Origin: a virus
Reading direction: 5' to 3' (one strand)
Length of the DNA stretch: 64,000 nt
IMG/VR virus record: IMGVR_UViG_3300042373_001362
Coordinates: 32,001 to 96,000 of that record
The notes under the pieces: model-generated
What the model saw: the letters and a program-made list of their open reading frames with translations, nothing else
The model's database searches: none
Told to the model about the DNA's origin: nothing
Made by a program: the position numbers and the translations under genes
Part shown: piece by piece, positions 52,571-62,811 of the stretch
Numbering within the stretch: position 1 is the first letter of the stretch
Layout of the letters: each line of letters begins with the position of its first letter

Positions 52571-53724
52571 TGACCAAGAAGCAAAGGTTCAGAGCTCCAA
52601 GGTTTGATAAGGCTGATGCCGAAAAGCTTGCAGCATCCATAGGATGTTCAGGAGCCCATCAGGATTCCGAAGGTAAATGGCTCCCCTGTGCATCAGAAGA
52701 AGAAATGCAGCGTCTTTCTAATGAGGCCGAACCAGAAAAAAAACCAGTTGGCTTTTATGACAAAAAAGAAGGAAAGCCAAAAAGAAAAAAGCGTGGGAAA
52801 AGAAAACGCTATGTAAATGATGAATGGGAAAATCTAAGGCAACGCGCACCTCTTGGTTTTGACAGTCTTCCAGGTGGTGGCATTGTGTCTGGAAATAACC
52901 CTCCGATTCCTGCAGTTGGAGAAACTGTTACAGCTTTTGGTGGTGGAACAATTCCTGGTATAACGAATACTGGAATCAAGTCTGCCCTTGGAGCATCTAT
53001 TGGAGAAAGAGCTGGTGGCAGTTCTTCTTCTGGAAGTGCGAGAGACGGTGTTGACAGAGATGGTGACGGAGTAATAAATGACGGCACAGAAGACGAGCGC
53101 CCATCTAAAAAGAAAAAACGAGACGAACGTCCAGTGCCTGGAGATGGAGTTGGTCCGCCAAAACCAAAGAACAGAGACGAAATGCCACCAGGGGGCAATG
53201 CTGGTCCGCCAAAACCCAAAAACAGAGATAGGCGTCCAGTGCCTGGAGATGGAGTTGGTCCGCCAAAACCAAAGAATCCTCGCCGCAGAGACACTCCGAT
53301 AAGGCCAATACCTAATGCTCCGTTGCAGGGTAGAGATACACCTGCGAGGCCAATACCAAATAGCCCAATTGACAGTAATCGCGATGAAGCGGCAAGGCCT
53401 TATAACAAGGGCAAGTCAGAGAGTGTAGAAGACGTCGAGACCAAAGCAAGACAGATGGTTGGTCCTGAGTACGTTAGAGACAATGACCCAGACGTGTTTA
53501 TAGACCCAGAGTCTGCAAGGTTTCGCTCTAGGCAGCTTGGGTGTATAGGAATTTCTAGAAGAATATCTAAAACAGGTAGAGCCGTGTGGATGCCTTGCAC
53601 AAACATGAGCGATTATTCAAGAGTTTCTGGCTCAACATCTCTCGGCAGAAGAGGCCAAAGAAGAGAGATGGAAAACACGGTTAGAACGATTGTGTCAAGA
53701 GAACTTAGAAAAAACAAGAAGTAA
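52570..53724 (+). CDS. head-region protein with two DUF3721-like (GC.G...W.PC) motifs, a DxDxDG motif and Pro-rich repeats
   Basis: IGCSGAH..WLPC; LGCIG..WMPC; DRDGDGVINDGT. Confidence 0.65.
   Translation: MTKKQRFRAPRFDKADAEKLAASIGCSGAHQDSEGKWLPCASEEEMQRLSNEAEPEKKPVGFYDKKEGKPKRKKRGKRKRYVNDEWENLRQRAPLGFDSLPGGGIVSGNNPPIPAVGETVTAFGGGTIPGITNTGIKSALGASIGERAGGSSSSGSARDGVDRDGDGVINDGTEDERPSKKKKRDERPVPGDGVGPPKPKNRDEMPPGGNAGPPKPKNRDRRPVPGDGVGPPKPKNPRRRDTPIRPIPNAPLQGRDTPARPIPNSPIDSNRDEAARPYNKGKSESVEDVETKARQMVGPEYVRDNDPDVFIDPESARFRSRQLGCIGISRRISKTGRAVWMPCTNMSDYSRVSGSTSLGRRGQRREMENTVRTIVSRELRKNKK
53128..53276 (+). repeat. 44-nt exact direct repeat with a degenerate middle copy (GPPKPKN x3)
   Basis: 53128-53171 equals 53233-53276. 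Confidence 0.85.
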
Positions 53725-53887
53725 CATTTTTATTGTTCGTATAAATATTTACGCACAATAGTTACTAAATATTGTTAGTTCCACTATTGATGGTAAATCT
53801 CTGTTATTTTTGATAGTTAAGGGCTGGGTGCTCACCTAAGTCGCAGTTAACCATCCATTATCAATCTCACAAAGAAGTAGGAAAATC

Positions 53888-55255
53888 ATGTCGGAAGACA
53901 CTTCAAGAATCAAGGAACTGCAGAGCGCACTCCGCGTCAAAATGGCAGACAACAAGGCTATCGCCGATTCATTCAGAATCGAAGATGGCGCTGTGGTCGT
54001 CTCTGCAGAGCAAAAGACTGCGTTCGATAAGAACATGCAGGACATCAAAGAAATCAAGAGCCTCATTGAGGGTCTTGAGACCATGGGCGGCGTAAGCAGC
54101 TGGTCATCTGAGCCACAGGAAACTGTTTCTGGTGCATTTGCAGCAGCACAGAATGACATCAAGCAACTTTCTTCACGCGAAATCAAGAGCATCGGTGAAA
54201 TGTTCCTCGACTCAGCAGAATTCAAGGCACTTAATGGTGGCAAGAATGGCGCAAACATGGCAGCAGCATGGCAGGCAGGCGTTTCGCTTACCGGCTTCAA
54301 CGTCAAGGACGTTTACTCAGCACTTCCAAGCGGCACAATGGGCCGTGGTGCAGACGCAGTATTCGGTTCAATTCAGCGCGATGCGCTGGTAACTCCTCCA
54401 ATGCGCACAAAGCGCGTTCGTGACTTGTTCCCAGTTCGCACCACAACCGCTGCAGTTATCGAATACTTCCGCCAAATCGGTTTCACGACCTTGGCAGCAC
54501 CTGGTGTTACCAACTCCACATATTCGACCAACAACGCTGCAGCTCCAGTTGCAGAGCGTGACGGCGGAGCATTCGGCATCAAGCCACAGTCAGCATTCCA
54601 GTTCGTCGGCGAGCAGTCGCCAGTGCGTACGCTTGCTCACTGGGAAGCTGCACACCGCAATGTTCTCGCAGACGAGCCACAGCTTCGTAGCATCATCGAC
54701 AACGAGTTGATGTACGGTCTTCGCCTCCTTGAAGACTCACAAATCCTCAACGGTGACGGTACCGGCGAAAACTTGCTCGGCGTTTTGAACACACCTGGCA
54801 TCCAGGAGTACGCATGGTCAGACGGCGCTGTATCTCCAGTTCCCGACACCAAGGCTGATGCACTTCGTCGCGCTGCAACTCTCTCGTTCCTCGCATACTA
54901 CGAGCCAACCGGCATCGTGTTGCACCCGAACGATTGGGAAGACATCGAATTGACCAAGGACTCACAAGGTCAGTACCTCATCGCAGTTTCGGTTGCAATG
55001 GGTGGCGAGCCAAAGGTTTGGCGCATGCCAATCGTGGACACTCCTGCAATGCAAGAGGGAACAGCTTTGGTTGGTGCTTTCGGTACCGGCGCTCAGTTGT
55101 ACGACCGCGAGCAAGCAAGCATCCGCATCTCAGAGCAGCACTCGGACTTCTTCGTGCGCAACGCAATTGTCATCTTGGCCGAGCAGCGCCTCGCCCTTGC
55201 TGTCAAGCGCCCAGAAGCATTCGTGACTGTCGACTTTGACGGTGCACCTAGCTGA
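53888..55255 (+). CDS. major capsid protein, HK97 fold, with N-terminal delta-like domain
   Basis: VRDLFP, RTLAHW, LADEPQLRSIID, QILNGDG, LHPNDW, FVRNAIVILAEQRLALAVKRPEAF. Confidence 0.95.
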   Translation: MSEDTSRIKELQSALRVKMADNKAIADSFRIEDGAVVVSAEQKTAFDKNMQDIKEIKSLIEGLETMGGVSSWSSEPQETVSGAFAAAQNDIKQLSSREIKSIGEMFLDSAEFKALNGGKNGANMAAAWQAGVSLTGFNVKDVYSALPSGTMGRGADAVFGSIQRDALVTPPMRTKRVRDLFPVRTTTAAVIEYFRQIGFTTLAAPGVTNSTYSTNNAAAPVAERDGGAFGIKPQSAFQFVGEQSPVRTLAHWEAAHRNVLADEPQLRSIIDNELMYGLRLLEDSQILNGDGTGENLLGVLNTPGIQEYAWSDGAVSPVPDTKADALRRAATLSFLAYYEPTGIVLHPNDWEDIELTKDSQGQYLIAVSVAMGGEPKVWRMPIVDTPAMQEGTALVGAFGTGAQLYDREQASIRISEQHSDFFVRNAIVILAEQRLALAVKRPEAFVTVDFDGAPS

Positions 55256-55278
55256 TAGCTAGTTAATAGCAAAGATGT

Positions 55279-55312
55279 AAGCCCCCTGCAGAAATGTGGG
55301 GGGCTTCTTCTA
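55279..55312 (+). terminator. intrinsic terminator after the capsid gene
   Basis: AAGCCCCCTGCA-GAAA-TGTGGGGGGCTT then a T-rich tail. Confidence 0.75.
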
Positions 55313-55354
55313 TTATTGGATGATGTAGAATATAAAAAACAAAAAGGTGCACCA

Positions 55355-56017
55355 ATGAACGAAGAAGAAATATTCGAAAGTCTTTTAAAGATTGAAAAAA
55401 ACATCGTCGTAAAAGATGATTTTTTTGATGTCGAATTTCCTGAGTGGGGTGAAGACTATTCAGATGAAGCGCTATTCGGTGATGGAATCTCTTCCAAGTC
55501 TGCAAAGCTAAAAGACCCCAAGGGTGGACTTACTGCGGCAGGAAGAAAGCACTTCAAGAGAACGCAGGGAGCAAACCTCAAGCCTGGAGTAAAAGGTGCT
55601 GCCGACACTCCCGAGAAGATGAGACGTAAGGGTTCTTTCCTTACCCGCTTCTTTACCAACCCATCTGGCCCAATGGTCGACGAAAAAGGAAGAGCAACGA
55701 GACTGGCTTTATCAGCAGCAGCGTGGGGCGAAAGAGTTCCCAAGAATGCAGAAGATGCAGCAGCACTTGCAGCAAAAGGTCGCAGACTTCTTGAAAGATA
55801 CGAAAATACAAAGAAAAAGAAAAAAGACGCTTTCGATGACGTTAAAACAAAGTCAAAGAAAAAGCCAGCATTCTGGGAGCAGCCTTCACCATCAAAAGGG
55901 AAGACTTCTAAGCTGACAGATTCTCAAAAGAAAAAAGCTAAAGCTCGTGCCAAGGCAGCCGGTCGTCCATATCCAAACCTTGTAGACAATGCATGGGCAG
56001 TTAAGCAGAAGCCATGA
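55355..56017 (+). CDS. basic conserved phage protein
   Basis: KDPKGGLTAAGRK..NLKPGV..SFLTRF and KARAKAAGRPYPNLVDN motifs; start moved to MNEEE. Confidence 0.65.
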   Translation: MNEEEIFESLLKIEKNIVVKDDFFDVEFPEWGEDYSDEALFGDGISSKSAKLKDPKGGLTAAGRKHFKRTQGANLKPGVKGAADTPEKMRRKGSFLTRFFTNPSGPMVDEKGRATRLALSAAAWGERVPKNAEDAAALAAKGRRLLERYENTKKKKKDAFDDVKTKSKKKPAFWEQPSPSKGKTSKLTDSQKKKAKARAKAAGRPYPNLVDNAWAVKQKP

Positions 56018-56424
56018 GTCAGAGATTTTGGTACGGAGCAACTGTCCTAAACGTCGTTGATGGTGACACTATTGACTTAATGATTGACCTTGGATTCAAT
56101 GTTCATCACAAAATCAGGGTGAGACTTTATGGAGTCAACACTCCAGAATCAAGAACAAAAGATTTGAAAGAAAAAGAGCTAGGTCTAAAGGCTAAGGAAT
56201 TTACAAAAGACTGGCTATCTAAGCATCAGTGGGTATACGTAAATACAATTCCCGACAAGAACGATAAGTACGGCCGTGTACTTGCAAAAATATACACAGA
56301 TGAAGAAATAGCGCGCCCAGAAGTAGCTTGCCTCAATGAAGACATTATTGAGTCTGGTTACGCTCGTCAGTACTTTGGCGTTGGCGATAAAACTTGGTCA
56401 GAATTCAAGAAGGAAACAAAATAG
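56014..56424 (+). CDS. thermonuclease (SNase-like)
   Basis: VVDGDTID..DLGF..RVRLYGVNTPE..DKYGRVLA. Confidence 0.88.
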   Translation: MSQRFWYGATVLNVVDGDTIDLMIDLGFNVHHKIRVRLYGVNTPESRTKDLKEKELGLKAKEFTKDWLSKHQWVYVNTIPDKNDKYGRVLAKIYTDEEIARPEVACLNEDIIESGYARQYFGVGDKTWSEFKKETK

Positions 56425-56426
56425 CC

Positions 56427-56792
56427 ATGTCTGAAGAAAAATCAATTATAGAACTCCTGATGGCTGGAATGCCTGTAAGAATTGTCAACAGGCCAGAGCC
56501 CCCAAAACACTTTCTTCAACCAGAAGAAAAAGAACTTGCTGAATCTTTAGTAAAGATTGCAGAAAAGTATGGAAAGTTCAACGAGGACGGAAAAGGCATC
56601 TGGGCTGGGTACAAGCCAGCATCCAGTAATCAAAAAGCCAGAATAGGCGTTAAGTGCGAAAACTGTGTCCTATACGCAGGCGGCGGGCAATGCCGCATAA
56701 TCCTTCAGACTGTTGAGCCTGAAGGAAAATGCAGATTTGCAGTTATCCCTGATGGCGTTGTTCAAGTAGCTATGGGTGGCCCGACTACTTAA
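56427..56792 (+). CDS. small protein with a HiPIP-like four-Cys motif
   Basis: CENCVLY..QCRII..PEGKC. Confidence 0.55.
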   Translation: MSEEKSIIELLMAGMPVRIVNRPEPPKHFLQPEEKELAESLVKIAEKYGKFNEDGKGIWAGYKPASSNQKARIGVKCENCVLYAGGGQCRIILQTVEPEGKCRFAVIPDGVVQVAMGGPTT

Positions 56793-58725
56793 TCGGACAT
56801 GCGCCAGTAGCGCAGTCATCCATGTCCATTTCACCGATTCCCTTTGGAACGTAAAGAGGAACAGTGAAATCAACCTTGCTAAGAAGCTTTTCGTATGCTT
56901 CTTTTGTGATTTCCTCATATGGAGCCAAAGCAAAGTTGTGGTCCGAATGGAGAAGGAAAGATACGGACTTAACTGAGTTGTCGTAATTCTTCTCAAGCCA
57001 TTCTTTAATCAATGGAAGCTCTTCTTTGCGGTAATAGACGGTCACCGAAACAGCATTGTCTGCCCATTCAGTTTGCATCTTCTTTACCCACTCAAGCTGT
57101 TCTACTGCTGTCATGTCTTTTGCGAGAACCGCATTCTCTGGAGACTCACAGGGGAACTCAACCACGTAGCGAGTGTGGTCTTCGCGTCCATCAAGACCCA
57201 TGTCCCATTGAACTTTGTATCCACGCTTACGGCATGCCTCAACCAATGGGTCAGCAGAGCCAAAACGCACTCTACGGATGTAGTGGCGAGCATACGCTGG
57301 GTGAATTCCCGGAGCAATGCCAGGGAGAAGAGACAGGGTTCCAGAAGGCTGGACAGTAGTAAGCCTCACCGACTTAGGGAATGAGTTCTCCTTGGAGTAG
57401 GACTCGTCAAATTCTCTAAGATGCTTGTAAGCCTCATCAAGCCACGAAACTTGCTCTTCAGATGCTTGAAGCACTCCTGTGATTGACTGACCAAGACGAG
57501 CATTCTGACGAACGATTGCCGTGGTCTTCTCGTATGGGTAATTCATTCTGGTGATTTGCTTTTGAACCTTGTACAGAAGCGTGCTGATTTCCTTGAACTG
57601 CTTAAGCGACTCAATGTTCGGAAGGAATATTGTTGCCAAGTTGCAAGACTCGCCATCACCTAGCGCTATTTCTGCGCAAGGGTTAAATCCTTCGATTGAG
57701 TTATCCAGTCGCTTCTCTCCAAGACGGCCAGTGGTACGAGCCAAACGACGATTAAGAAGGCCGTATGGCTCTCCTGAGCCGTCATAGCCCTTCCACAGTT
57801 CGGACATAATCTCATCAAAATGGTCAGCGTAAATACTGTTGTTCGAGTTGGCTCTCCATGCAGGAACATTTCCCGATGCCCAGTTCTTTGCACGAAGGAA
57901 AAGAACGTCATCTGGGTCACCCATTGCTATTTGCGCCGACCGCCTAGACGAGCCGGAAACAACAATGCGACCAATAATGTTACAAATATCCAGAACATCA
58001 ATAGACCTCAATTTCTTTCCTGCGCGGTTCTCCAGAACCTTGCAGATGTCTTCAATACCGTCAACGAGCGCGCCAGGTCCGCTTGCTGTTCCACCAAACG
58101 TCTTGAGTGGTGCTCCAAATTCGCGAATCAAAATTGTGGAGTAAGAGAACGACTTGCCGGTATCAAAGTATGAACGAAGAACACTATGCAACAGGCGACG
58201 CCATCCTTGACGTGAGTCTGGAACAATGATGTCTGCATCGTTGCTGCGTTCGTGAGTGATTGATACACCGGTCTTTACTTTTGGAAGTTCGTGAATCTTG
58301 GAACGCTCTACAGAAAAACCAACGCCTCCACCAAGCATGAGGTAGTCAAACAAAAGCTCAAAGTCCTCAATCTTCTCAATGTTCGTGAAGTAACAGTTAT
58401 TAAGAGAAGTTGCGTTGTACTTTTCTACTAATGGCGTTCCGAGTTGCCATAAAGACCTGCCCGAAAAAGAACAACGCAAGTTAAAACAGTGGTCGAATAA
58501 AGTCTCAGCTTCATCTTTTGTGAACGGTACGCCAATGTCAATAGCACCATTAATAACACGCTGGAGTGTTTCTGCCCACGTCTCATTATCGCCATTCTCT
58601 TTCTGTCTGCTGTATGTACGAAGAAATACTATTTCTCCAAGACCGTTGAATCCCCAAGGGGCTTGTTTCATTGCGTAAGAGTCAACAAATGACTGTTCTA
58701 AGTGGCTCATTTTCTTCCTGTTCAT
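56785..58725 (-). CDS. nrdJ: class II (B12-dependent) ribonucleotide reductase
   Basis: RTYSR, LNNC, LMLGGGVGF, RRSAQI, NPCAEI, VQPSGTLS, C-terminal CATGACP. Confidence 0.92.
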   Translation of the reverse strand: MNRKKMSHLEQSFVDSYAMKQAPWGFNGLGEIVFLRTYSRQKENGDNETWAETLQRVINGAIDIGVPFTKDEAETLFDHCFNLRCSFSGRSLWQLGTPLVEKYNATSLNNCYFTNIEKIEDFELLFDYLMLGGGVGFSVERSKIHELPKVKTGVSITHERSNDADIIVPDSRQGWRRLLHSVLRSYFDTGKSFSYSTILIREFGAPLKTFGGTASGPGALVDGIEDICKVLENRAGKKLRSIDVLDICNIIGRIVVSGSSRRSAQIAMGDPDDVLFLRAKNWASGNVPAWRANSNNSIYADHFDEIMSELWKGYDGSGEPYGLLNRRLARTTGRLGEKRLDNSIEGFNPCAEIALGDGESCNLATIFLPNIESLKQFKEISTLLYKVQKQITRMNYPYEKTTAIVRQNARLGQSITGVLQASEEQVSWLDEAYKHLREFDESYSKENSFPKSVRLTTVQPSGTLSLLPGIAPGIHPAYARHYIRRVRFGSADPLVEACRKRGYKVQWDMGLDGREDHTRYVVEFPCESPENAVLAKDMTAVEQLEWVKKMQTEWADNAVSVTVYYRKEELPLIKEWLEKNYDNSVKSVSFLLHSDHNFALAPYEEITKEAYEKLLSKVDFTVPLYVPKGIGEMDMDDCATGACPIK

Positions 58726-58791
58726 TTAGTCACCCATGGTGGTGGGAGTTACTATTGTAACCTACAGGAAAATACTAAAAGGGTCTACTAT

Positions 58792-59133
58792 CTACGGAAG
58801 TTTTGGTCTTTCAACCAAGCCAAGTTTTTCTGCTTCTCTAAACGGAATGTATTTACCTTTTCTGTGCAAAAGAACTTTTGCACGAGTGAAAGGTGTTATT
58901 TGTCTCTCTTCAAAAATGTCTTCTTCAACAAGAATTGTTTGTGTGTCAATGATTGTTTCACTTGAGCCTTGACCAAAAATAACTATTGGTGGACCGGAGT
59001 CTCCAGTGCAGTCCCCAGTTTCATGGCCACAAACAATGCATGGCTTTCTATCTGCTCCAAGAACTGTTACGTCGTTGAAAAGTCTACGAGTGCCGTCCCC
59101 ATTCATGTATGAATTTTCGTAGAACGCGCTCAT
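58792..59133 (-). CDS. hypothetical protein with CxxCGH..C motif
   Basis: PCIVCGHETGDC; TATAAT 5 nt before ATG 59133. Confidence 0.6.
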   Translation of the reverse strand: MSAFYENSYMNGDGTRRLFNDVTVLGADRKPCIVCGHETGDCTGDSGPPIVIFGQGSSETIIDTQTILVEEDIFEERQITPFTRAKVLLHRKGKYIPFREAEKLGLVERPKLP

Positions 59134-59147
59134 GACCAATTATACCA

Positions 59148-59783
59148 TTAAGGCAGTTCTTGAATGTAAAACCCGTTGCTATCTATCGCATCACGTAATT
59201 CCGTGTAGGCCTCATCTGGGAGCTCTTCGGTAGAGATGGGTTCGGCCAGTGCCTTGCGAAGCATTTTGGGAAAGCTTGAATTTCTCAACACTTTATCTGC
59301 GCTTCCAGGATAGGTTAGAATTTCTCCCCACTCTATTTCATTGTTTTGTAAATATTTATAGGGGACAGCGACAAGGTCGCTTAGCATTTTGTCGCCAACT
59401 ATTGACGCATGGGCTACGGTTATGCACTCCTGGACGTCTTCTTTATTATCGGCATAGGCTTTGGCTAGGTCTAGACCTTTGGTTTTTCGCGAATCGGTGG
59501 AGCAAAAGCCCTCGGCAACCATAGTTATGTCGGTTACCCCCCAGTACCTTCTCAGGGCAGTACACAGATGGCCAGACCTGGTTAGCCTTTCGGCGTGCTC
59601 TAGGTCCATTATGGGCTTCTTCATTTGACAGATTATGACAAGAGTGTCCCTGTCCCATCCCATGAAGTTAAAAGTAAGGTCTTCCCCTACTCCAAACTCC
59701 TTGACAGACATTTTCTTAGCCAATTGAGCAGAAGTTATCGACAGGGCGATTTTGCTAAAATTATTGTCGTAACTTGATTCCAC
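59148..59783 (-). CDS. hypothetical protein
   Basis: 211-aa ORF. Confidence 0.6.
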   Translation of the reverse strand: MESSYDNNFSKIALSITSAQLAKKMSVKEFGVGEDLTFNFMGWDRDTLVIICQMKKPIMDLEHAERLTRSGHLCTALRRYWGVTDITMVAEGFCSTDSRKTKGLDLAKAYADNKEDVQECITVAHASIVGDKMLSDLVAVPYKYLQNNEIEWGEILTYPGSADKVLRNSSFPKMLRKALAEPISTEELPDEAYTELRDAIDSNGFYIQELP

Positions 59784-59862
59784 AGGGCAATAATAATCAC
59801 AAATTGGTCGTTCCTAGGGGTACTTCCACCGCAGGCCCGCCACATTCGCTATTATGTCCCCT

Positions 59863-60243
59863 ATGGCAACACAAAAGAAAAAGACAACAGCAAAGAAGGC
59901 CCCTGCAAAGAAGGCCGCCCCTAAGAAGAGCACGGCAAAAAAGGCCCCCGCTAAAAAGGCTCCTGCAAAGAAGAGCCCTGCGAAAAAAGCCCCTGCCCCC
60001 AAAACACCTTCTGTTGTCAATGTTACGAGCACAACAACAACCTCCGGTACGCCCGACTTTAAGGTGTCGTTTCAGACTGCACCAATTCATGAGGCGATTG
60101 ACAAGACTGTCGAAAATGCAACAGTCGTAATTAACGACATTGTGGACAGCGTTGAAGAAATGGTGTCTACCCTTGACTCAGCACTTCCGGAGAGCATTAA
60201 GAAGACATCGTTCTTCAAGAGGATTTTCCGTCGTAAGAAGTAG
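59863..60243 (+). CDS. second histone H1-like protein (N-terminal PAKK repeats)
   Basis: AKKAPAKKAAPKK... repeats. Confidence 0.7.
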   Translation: MATQKKKTTAKKAPAKKAAPKKSTAKKAPAKKAPAKKSPAKKAPAPKTPSVVNVTSTTTTSGTPDFKVSFQTAPIHEAIDKTVENATVVINDIVDSVEEMVSTLDSALPESIKKTSFFKRIFRRKK

Positions 60244-60249
60244 TCATAA

Positions 60250-60657
60250 ATGACTACAGAACACCGCAAGGCCCCAAGAAAAAAAATCATATCTGTAACC
60301 AGAGTTGGTGAATGGGGCAATGTTCGCTATGACCACCTTCTTTCCTGTGGACACATAGAGTCGAGACCAAGAGAAGCTGACACCAAAACGAATACCCTCG
60401 CTTGTGCATGGTGTTTTAAGTCGGTGAATATGGGTAGGGAACTTATGAAGCTCGGTTCATCGACAGTTCTCTATGAAGAGGACTCTTCAAGTTCGGAATC
60501 TCGAATAAACAGCATCAAGGCTTCTATCGCCGCAAAGTTCAATGTTCCACTCGATTCTGTTGATGTAGTTTCAACTGTGGATAACGCTGAATTGAAAATT
60601 CAGTACGCAACGGTATTTCTTTCTTCTATTGACGTTGGTAGGATTACAAACACCTAG
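60250..60657 (+). CDS. hypothetical protein with putative Zn-binding motif
   Basis: LSCGH...CAWC. Confidence 0.55.
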   Translation: MTTEHRKAPRKKIISVTRVGEWGNVRYDHLLSCGHIESRPREADTKTNTLACAWCFKSVNMGRELMKLGSSTVLYEEDSSSSESRINSIKASIAAKFNVPLDSVDVVSTVDNAELKIQYATVFLSSIDVGRITNT

Positions 60658-60675
60658 CCACTAACGGAGGAATAA

Positions 60676-61035
60676 ATGGCCGACAAGTTCGATGAAGCCC
60701 CACGGGATGGAAACTGCAAAGGCCATGACACAAATATGTGGTTTCCCGTTTTTGGACCTTCGCCCACTAGGGAAGAACGAAAAACAAACGAGAGAAACAC
60801 TGCGCAGGCTTTAATTATCTGTGGTTCTTGCGCAAAGACTGAACACTGTCTAGAGTATTCGCTACGCCACGAGCCCTATGGGATTTGGGGTGGAAAAACA
60901 GAGTTACAGCGTGCAAAACTGAGAGCAATTAGAAGCATAAGGCTCTCGCGCGACGCAAGAATATTTTTTCCAGGGATAGGGACAAGGAATGCCAACGGAG
61001 ACTTCACCGGATGGCGTGAAATGGAAACAGAGTGA
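60676..61035 (+). CDS. whiB: WhiB-family transcription factor
   Basis: C..D..MWFP, CGSC, CLEYSL, GIWGG; GGAGG RBS. Confidence 0.9.
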   Translation: MADKFDEAPRDGNCKGHDTNMWFPVFGPSPTREERKTNERNTAQALIICGSCAKTEHCLEYSLRHEPYGIWGGKTELQRAKLRAIRSIRLSRDARIFFPGIGTRNANGDFTGWREMETE

Positions 61036-62798
61036 GTCAACCTAAATATCCACACACCCAAGAATTTCTATCTCGTCTTGTCGGTGTAAGAGACACATCT
61101 GCAGGATGGGAAGCCAGATGTCCATGCAGAGACGACGACAGAAATCCGTCTTTGTCGGTGGCAGAGGACGAAAATGGTACGGTCCTTGTTCACTGTCACA
61201 GAGGTAATGGGTGTGGCGTAGACAAAATATGTTCTTCCGTTGGGCTTAAACCAGCAGACCTCTATCCTGTCAAGATAGAAAAGAAAGAACGCCCACAAGA
61301 AAAGGAAAAGCTCACTCTTGTAAAAGAGTATGACTACCTTGACAAAGATGGGAACCTGCTGTTCCAGAAGCTACGGTACGTGAATCAGTGGGGAGTAAAA
61401 ACCTTTAGACAAAGAAAACCATTGCCAAATGGCGATTGGGCTTACTCGTTGGGCGACACTCCTAAAGTTTTATATAACTTGCCCTACATTGCGCAGGCAA
61501 TAGAAGCGAACGTACCAATCTGGTTGGTCGAGGGTGAAAAAGATGCAGACACACTCATGGATATGGGTATTGTCGCAACTACAGCTCCGGGTGGTGCTGG
61601 TAAATGGCTTGACATAAATACAGAATCACTCGCTGGCGCAACTGTTGAGATTGTTGCCGACAATGATTCAGTGGGTAAAGCCCACGCAATAATGGTTTGT
61701 GACCAGCTTAAAAAGGCTGGATGCACTGCAACCATATTCATAAGCCCTTTTGCAAAAGACGTAACAGACCATATAGAGGCTGGATACTCTCTTGATGAGC
61801 TTGAATACTTTGACCCATCTGACTTCATTGAAGAAGTAAAAGAGACAGATGAAGTAATCGAAAAAGAAAAAGACAAGGGTCAAGAAACTCTTGACAGGCT
61901 CTCAAAGATTCTCGGCAATGATGAGTTAAATACTCTTCAGAAGATAGTCAAGGCATCGACAATCATAAGTTCGTTTTCGCAGGATGAAGCACCAGACCCA
62001 GGTCGCCTTGTTGATTGGGAGACGTTCTTAGCAGAGACAGACGATGATACATACGAATGGATTATCCCTGGCCTTTTGGAAAAGAGCGAAAGAGTAATTG
62101 TTGTTGCAGCGGAAGGCGTTGGAAAGACAATGCTTGCTCGACAAATAGCAATTTGTTCAATGTGGGGAATTCACCCTTTCACATATCAACCAATGGACCA
62201 AGTCAGAACTCTGACAATCGACCTTGAGAACCCTGAAAGAATCATCAGGAGAACGTCCAGAGCAATCGGTAAGGCTGCGGAAAACAGGGCGAAGATGTAT
62301 CGAAAGGTAAGCTCGCCTACGGGCAGTCTCGTTGTCAAGCCAGACGGACTAGACTTACTAAAAGCGTCCGACAGGCTAATCATCGAGGAACATATCGAGA
62401 AGAAAAAGCCTCAGCTTGTAGTCATGGGTCCTCTGTACAAGGCTTTCGTAGACCCAGGTGGAAGAACTTCTGAATCCGTTGCTGTCGAAGTAGCAAAATA
62501 CCTTGACTACATCAGGACAACCTATGGTTGCGCTCTATGGCTTGAGCACCATGCACCGCTTGGTCAGAGTATGTCAACAAGAGACCTGCGTCCATTTGGT
62601 TCCGCAGTTTGGTCTAGGTGGCCAGAATTCGGCGTATCCCTACAGCCAGACTTTACCTCTACCGTTCCCTATGTGTACGATGTGAGACACTTTAGAGGCG
62701 CTCGCGATGAGCGCCATTGGCCTACGAAAATCAAGCGTGGCAAAGAATTCCCGTTTGAGGTGCTTGAATTTGCTAATGTTTCAGGAGAGCATCGATGA
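61032..62798 (+). CDS. DNA primase-helicase (Zn finger + TOPRIM + RepA-like AAA)
   Basis: CPC..D..PSLS..HCH..C; VEGEKD, ADND; AAEGVGKT, IDLEN, LEHHA. Confidence 0.88.
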   Translation: MSQPKYPHTQEFLSRLVGVRDTSAGWEARCPCRDDDRNPSLSVAEDENGTVLVHCHRGNGCGVDKICSSVGLKPADLYPVKIEKKERPQEKEKLTLVKEYDYLDKDGNLLFQKLRYVNQWGVKTFRQRKPLPNGDWAYSLGDTPKVLYNLPYIAQAIEANVPIWLVEGEKDADTLMDMGIVATTAPGGAGKWLDINTESLAGATVEIVADNDSVGKAHAIMVCDQLKKAGCTATIFISPFAKDVTDHIEAGYSLDELEYFDPSDFIEEVKETDEVIEKEKDKGQETLDRLSKILGNDELNTLQKIVKASTIISSFSQDEAPDPGRLVDWETFLAETDDDTYEWIIPGLLEKSERVIVVAAEGVGKTMLARQIAICSMWGIHPFTYQPMDQVRTLTIDLENPERIIRRTSRAIGKAAENRAKMYRKVSSPTGSLVVKPDGLDLLKASDRLIIEEHIEKKKPQLVVMGPLYKAFVDPGGRTSESVAVEVAKYLDYIRTTYGCALWLEHHAPLGQSMSTRDLRPFGSAVWSRWPEFGVSLQPDFTSTVPYVYDVRHFRGARDERHWPTKIKRGKEFPFEVLEFANVSGEHR

Positions 62799-62811
62799 AT
62801 AGGCGCGCTAA

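Noticed and set aside
56394-56792. Bona fide HiPIP auxiliary metabolic gene
   Set aside because: Only the Cys spacing matches and there is no export signal; more likely a metal-binding phage motif.
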